64,000 bases of DNA from contig CAVPOC010000008.1 of assembly GCA_963706955.1 (NCBI GenBank), forward strand, positions 1 through 64,000, given 5' to 3'. Below, piece after piece: positions 62,118-64,000 of this stretch. A program made the translations under genes and the position numbers. Position 1 is the stretch's first letter, and the number at the start of each line of letters is the position of its first letter. Under the pieces are notes generated by a model. It was not told where the DNA came from, ran no database searches, and saw only the letters and a program-made list of their open reading frames with translations. The DNA is from an uncultured Verrucomicrobiae bacterium (GTDB lineage Bacteria > Verrucomicrobiota > Verrucomicrobiia > Chthoniobacterales > Terrimicrobiaceae).

Positions 62118-63464
62118 CTACCTCGAAATGGCTCGACGCGCGCCTTGACCATTCCAATTCGCATCTTGGACTCCCGCGTGCACCGCCGACTTTCTGGAAC
62201 CCTCATCTTCCAAACGAAAATCGAAGACATTGGCCTTGCGTTTTCCAGGATCAGCGTAAGCAGGATCATCGAACGTCCCAAGCTCGCGGGCCAGCTTGGC
62301 AAAGACTTCGAGCACATCGTCGAGATCTTCTTCCGTGTGGGTAGCCATGTAGCTCGTGCGCACAATCGCCTCGCCATAGCGAACGGCCGGATAGATCGCG
62401 GGCGTGGCGAAGACTCCCTCTTCGAAGAGGCGCTGCGTAAACTGGAACGCCTTCGCCTCACTACCAATTAGAATCGGAATGATCGGTGTCTCCGTGTTTC
62501 CGATTTGGAAGCCGAGATGCTTGAACCCCTGGTGCATCTTTCGCGTGTTGCGCCAGAGTTGTTCGATCCGCTCCGGCTCCTGTTGCATAATCTCCAACGC
62601 CTTGAGGACTCCGCCGGCGACGGCGGGTGCCAGCGACGCCGTGAAGATGAAACAGCGCGCTCGATGCTTAAGATACTCGATCATTTGTCCGTCGCCAGCG
62701 ATAAACCCACCCATGGAACCAAGCGACTTGGAAAATGTTCCCATGACGATATCCACCTCATCGTTCAGGCCGAACTCGTGGACAACGCCGCGGCCCTGTG
62801 GACCAAGCACTCCCAGCGAGTGCGCTTCGTCGACGTAAACCCGAGCCCCAAATTCCTTCGCGATCTCCAGCTGCGCGGGCAAGTCGGCAATATCTCCGGA
62901 CATGCTGAAGACTCCATCCATCACCACGAGCTTGCCAGCCTCCTCCGGTTGTCTCTTTAACCGGTTACGCAAAGAGACTGCTGAGTTGTGCCTGTAGGGA
63001 ATGAGCTTCGCCGGCGCAAACTGGCAACCATCGATGATGCTGGCGTGATTTTCGCGATCACATAAAATCACATCACCGTCTTCCGTCAGCGAGGCCAAGG
63101 CCCCCTGATTTGCAAAGAAACCGGTGGAAAAAAGCAACACCGCTTCGCGCTGGACAAATTCCGCCAATGCCTCCTCGAGCTGCGTGTGCAGCTTTAGGGT
63201 GCCATTGAGCAAGCGAGATCCGGTGCAACCTGAGCCATACCTGCGCGTCGCTTCACAGGCGGCTTCGATGACCCGTTCATCCTGTGCCAGGCCCAAATAG
63301 TTGTTTGAGCCAATCATGATCTTGCGCTGACCTTCGCAGATTACATAGTTGCCGTGCGTCTCCTCAATGCATCGAAAATAGGGATAAAACCCCTGCGCCC
63401 GCGCGTCAGCGCTGTCCCTATAATCCCGGCATTTTTGATATAAATCTCTCACCACGTGAGGCAT
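62118..63464 (-). CDS. spt: serine palmitoyltransferase-like alpha-oxoamine synthase
   Basis: GFYPYFR, GSNNYLGL, YGSGCTGSRLLNGT, NHASIIDG, DEAHSLGV, GTFSKS (PLP Lys). Confidence 0.8.
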   Translation of the reverse strand: MPHVVRDLYQKCRDYRDSADARAQGFYPYFRCIEETHGNYVICEGQRKIMIGSNNYLGLAQDERVIEAACEATRRYGSGCTGSRLLNGTLKLHTQLEEALAEFVQREAVLLFSTGFFANQGALASLTEDGDVILCDRENHASIIDGCQFAPAKLIPYRHNSAVSLRNRLKRQPEEAGKLVVMDGVFSMSGDIADLPAQLEIAKEFGARVYVDEAHSLGVLGPQGRGVVHEFGLNDEVDIVMGTFSKSLGSMGGFIAGDGQMIEYLKHRARCFIFTASLAPAVAGGVLKALEIMQQEPERIEQLWRNTRKMHQGFKHLGFQIGNTETPIIPILIGSEAKAFQFTQRLFEEGVFATPAIYPAVRYGEAIVRTSYMATHTEEDLDDVLEVFAKLARELGTFDDPAYADPGKRKANVFDFRLEDEGSRKSAVHAGVQDANWNGQGARRAISR

Positions 63465-64000
63465 GACCTAATCCCTGCAAGAGTTGCACGAATGTCGCCG
63501 TTGTAAATTCTTTTCCTAGGAGCCTGAGGTAGGCGCACCGTTCAGTCCTGATGGGATTCGCAAGTGAGATAACTGCGTTTCAGGGAAAATCCCTCAAAAA
63601 AGCAGCCTGGATCAGACTGGCGAAGCGCATCCGAACGTCTGGCGCTGCGCCCAGATGTCAAGGCAATCGTCCGGGGAGGAAGATTGTGCCCGCCACGTAG
63701 AGCAAGAAAAAGGCGTGGAGACGGCGTCTAAGCTCTATCCTTCACAACCGATTCCCGACGCATCGGCGGCAAAAAACCCATTTCCTACGACGCCTTTTCA
63801 TTCGACTTTCGCCAACCATTGTCTTGCCAACACATGATCCCGACGGACCGCGGAGGTTGAATGAAAATGATCTAGTAAAATTGAACCCGTCAGATCGGAG
63901 TATCATGCTTAACTCGACAGTGGGAGTCGACTAGTCCTAGTCACTGGCTTCGTCACCAGGGTCGCCGTGGACTCAATCACTCCGTCAATCTTGGGTAACC

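Noticed and set aside
62118..63464. bioF or kbl assignment
   Set aside because: No bio or tdh genes nearby; the SPT-like N-terminus and adjacent bCerS-like gene favour spt, though this is unproven without a phylogeny.
63470..64000. ncRNA or gene in the terminal region
   Set aside because: No tRNA/ncRNA signature or convincing ORF; context is cut by the window edge.

Overview
Bacterial chromosome segment; gene content and protein style suggest Verrucomicrobiota (Chthoniobacterales-like), which is inference only. Intact housekeeping blocks lie on the left (rplS, rnhB, YraN, trpS, phoR/phoB-like, macrodomain, glgC, glmS) and right (lgt, MBL-nuclease/DNA-ligase fusion, GH130, leuA, galE/galK, truncated galT, spt-bCerS-cerR-like ceramide operon). 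Between them is a ~30.1 kb integrative island (16156-46302) bounded by a 12-bp direct repeat TTATTTTCCGTA, with matching paired arm-type motifs at both ends. It sits 13 bp after the glmS stop, in the 3' end of a small lipoprotein gene. The island core looks like a phage satellite: tyrosine integrase, 10-bp tandem repeat plus a 32-bp perfect palindrome, a frameshifted excisionase-like gene, a Spo11/TopoVI-A-like (Mini-A-like) protein, a DUF3987 NTPase, inverted iterons, and two different terminase-small-subunit-like genes, with no capsid or large terminase. Its cargo mixes intact genes with many short gene remnants. Frameshifts, often at homopolymers, cluster in the island, so some 'pseudogenes' may be sequencing errors. 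No rRNA, tRNA or CRISPR array was recognised.
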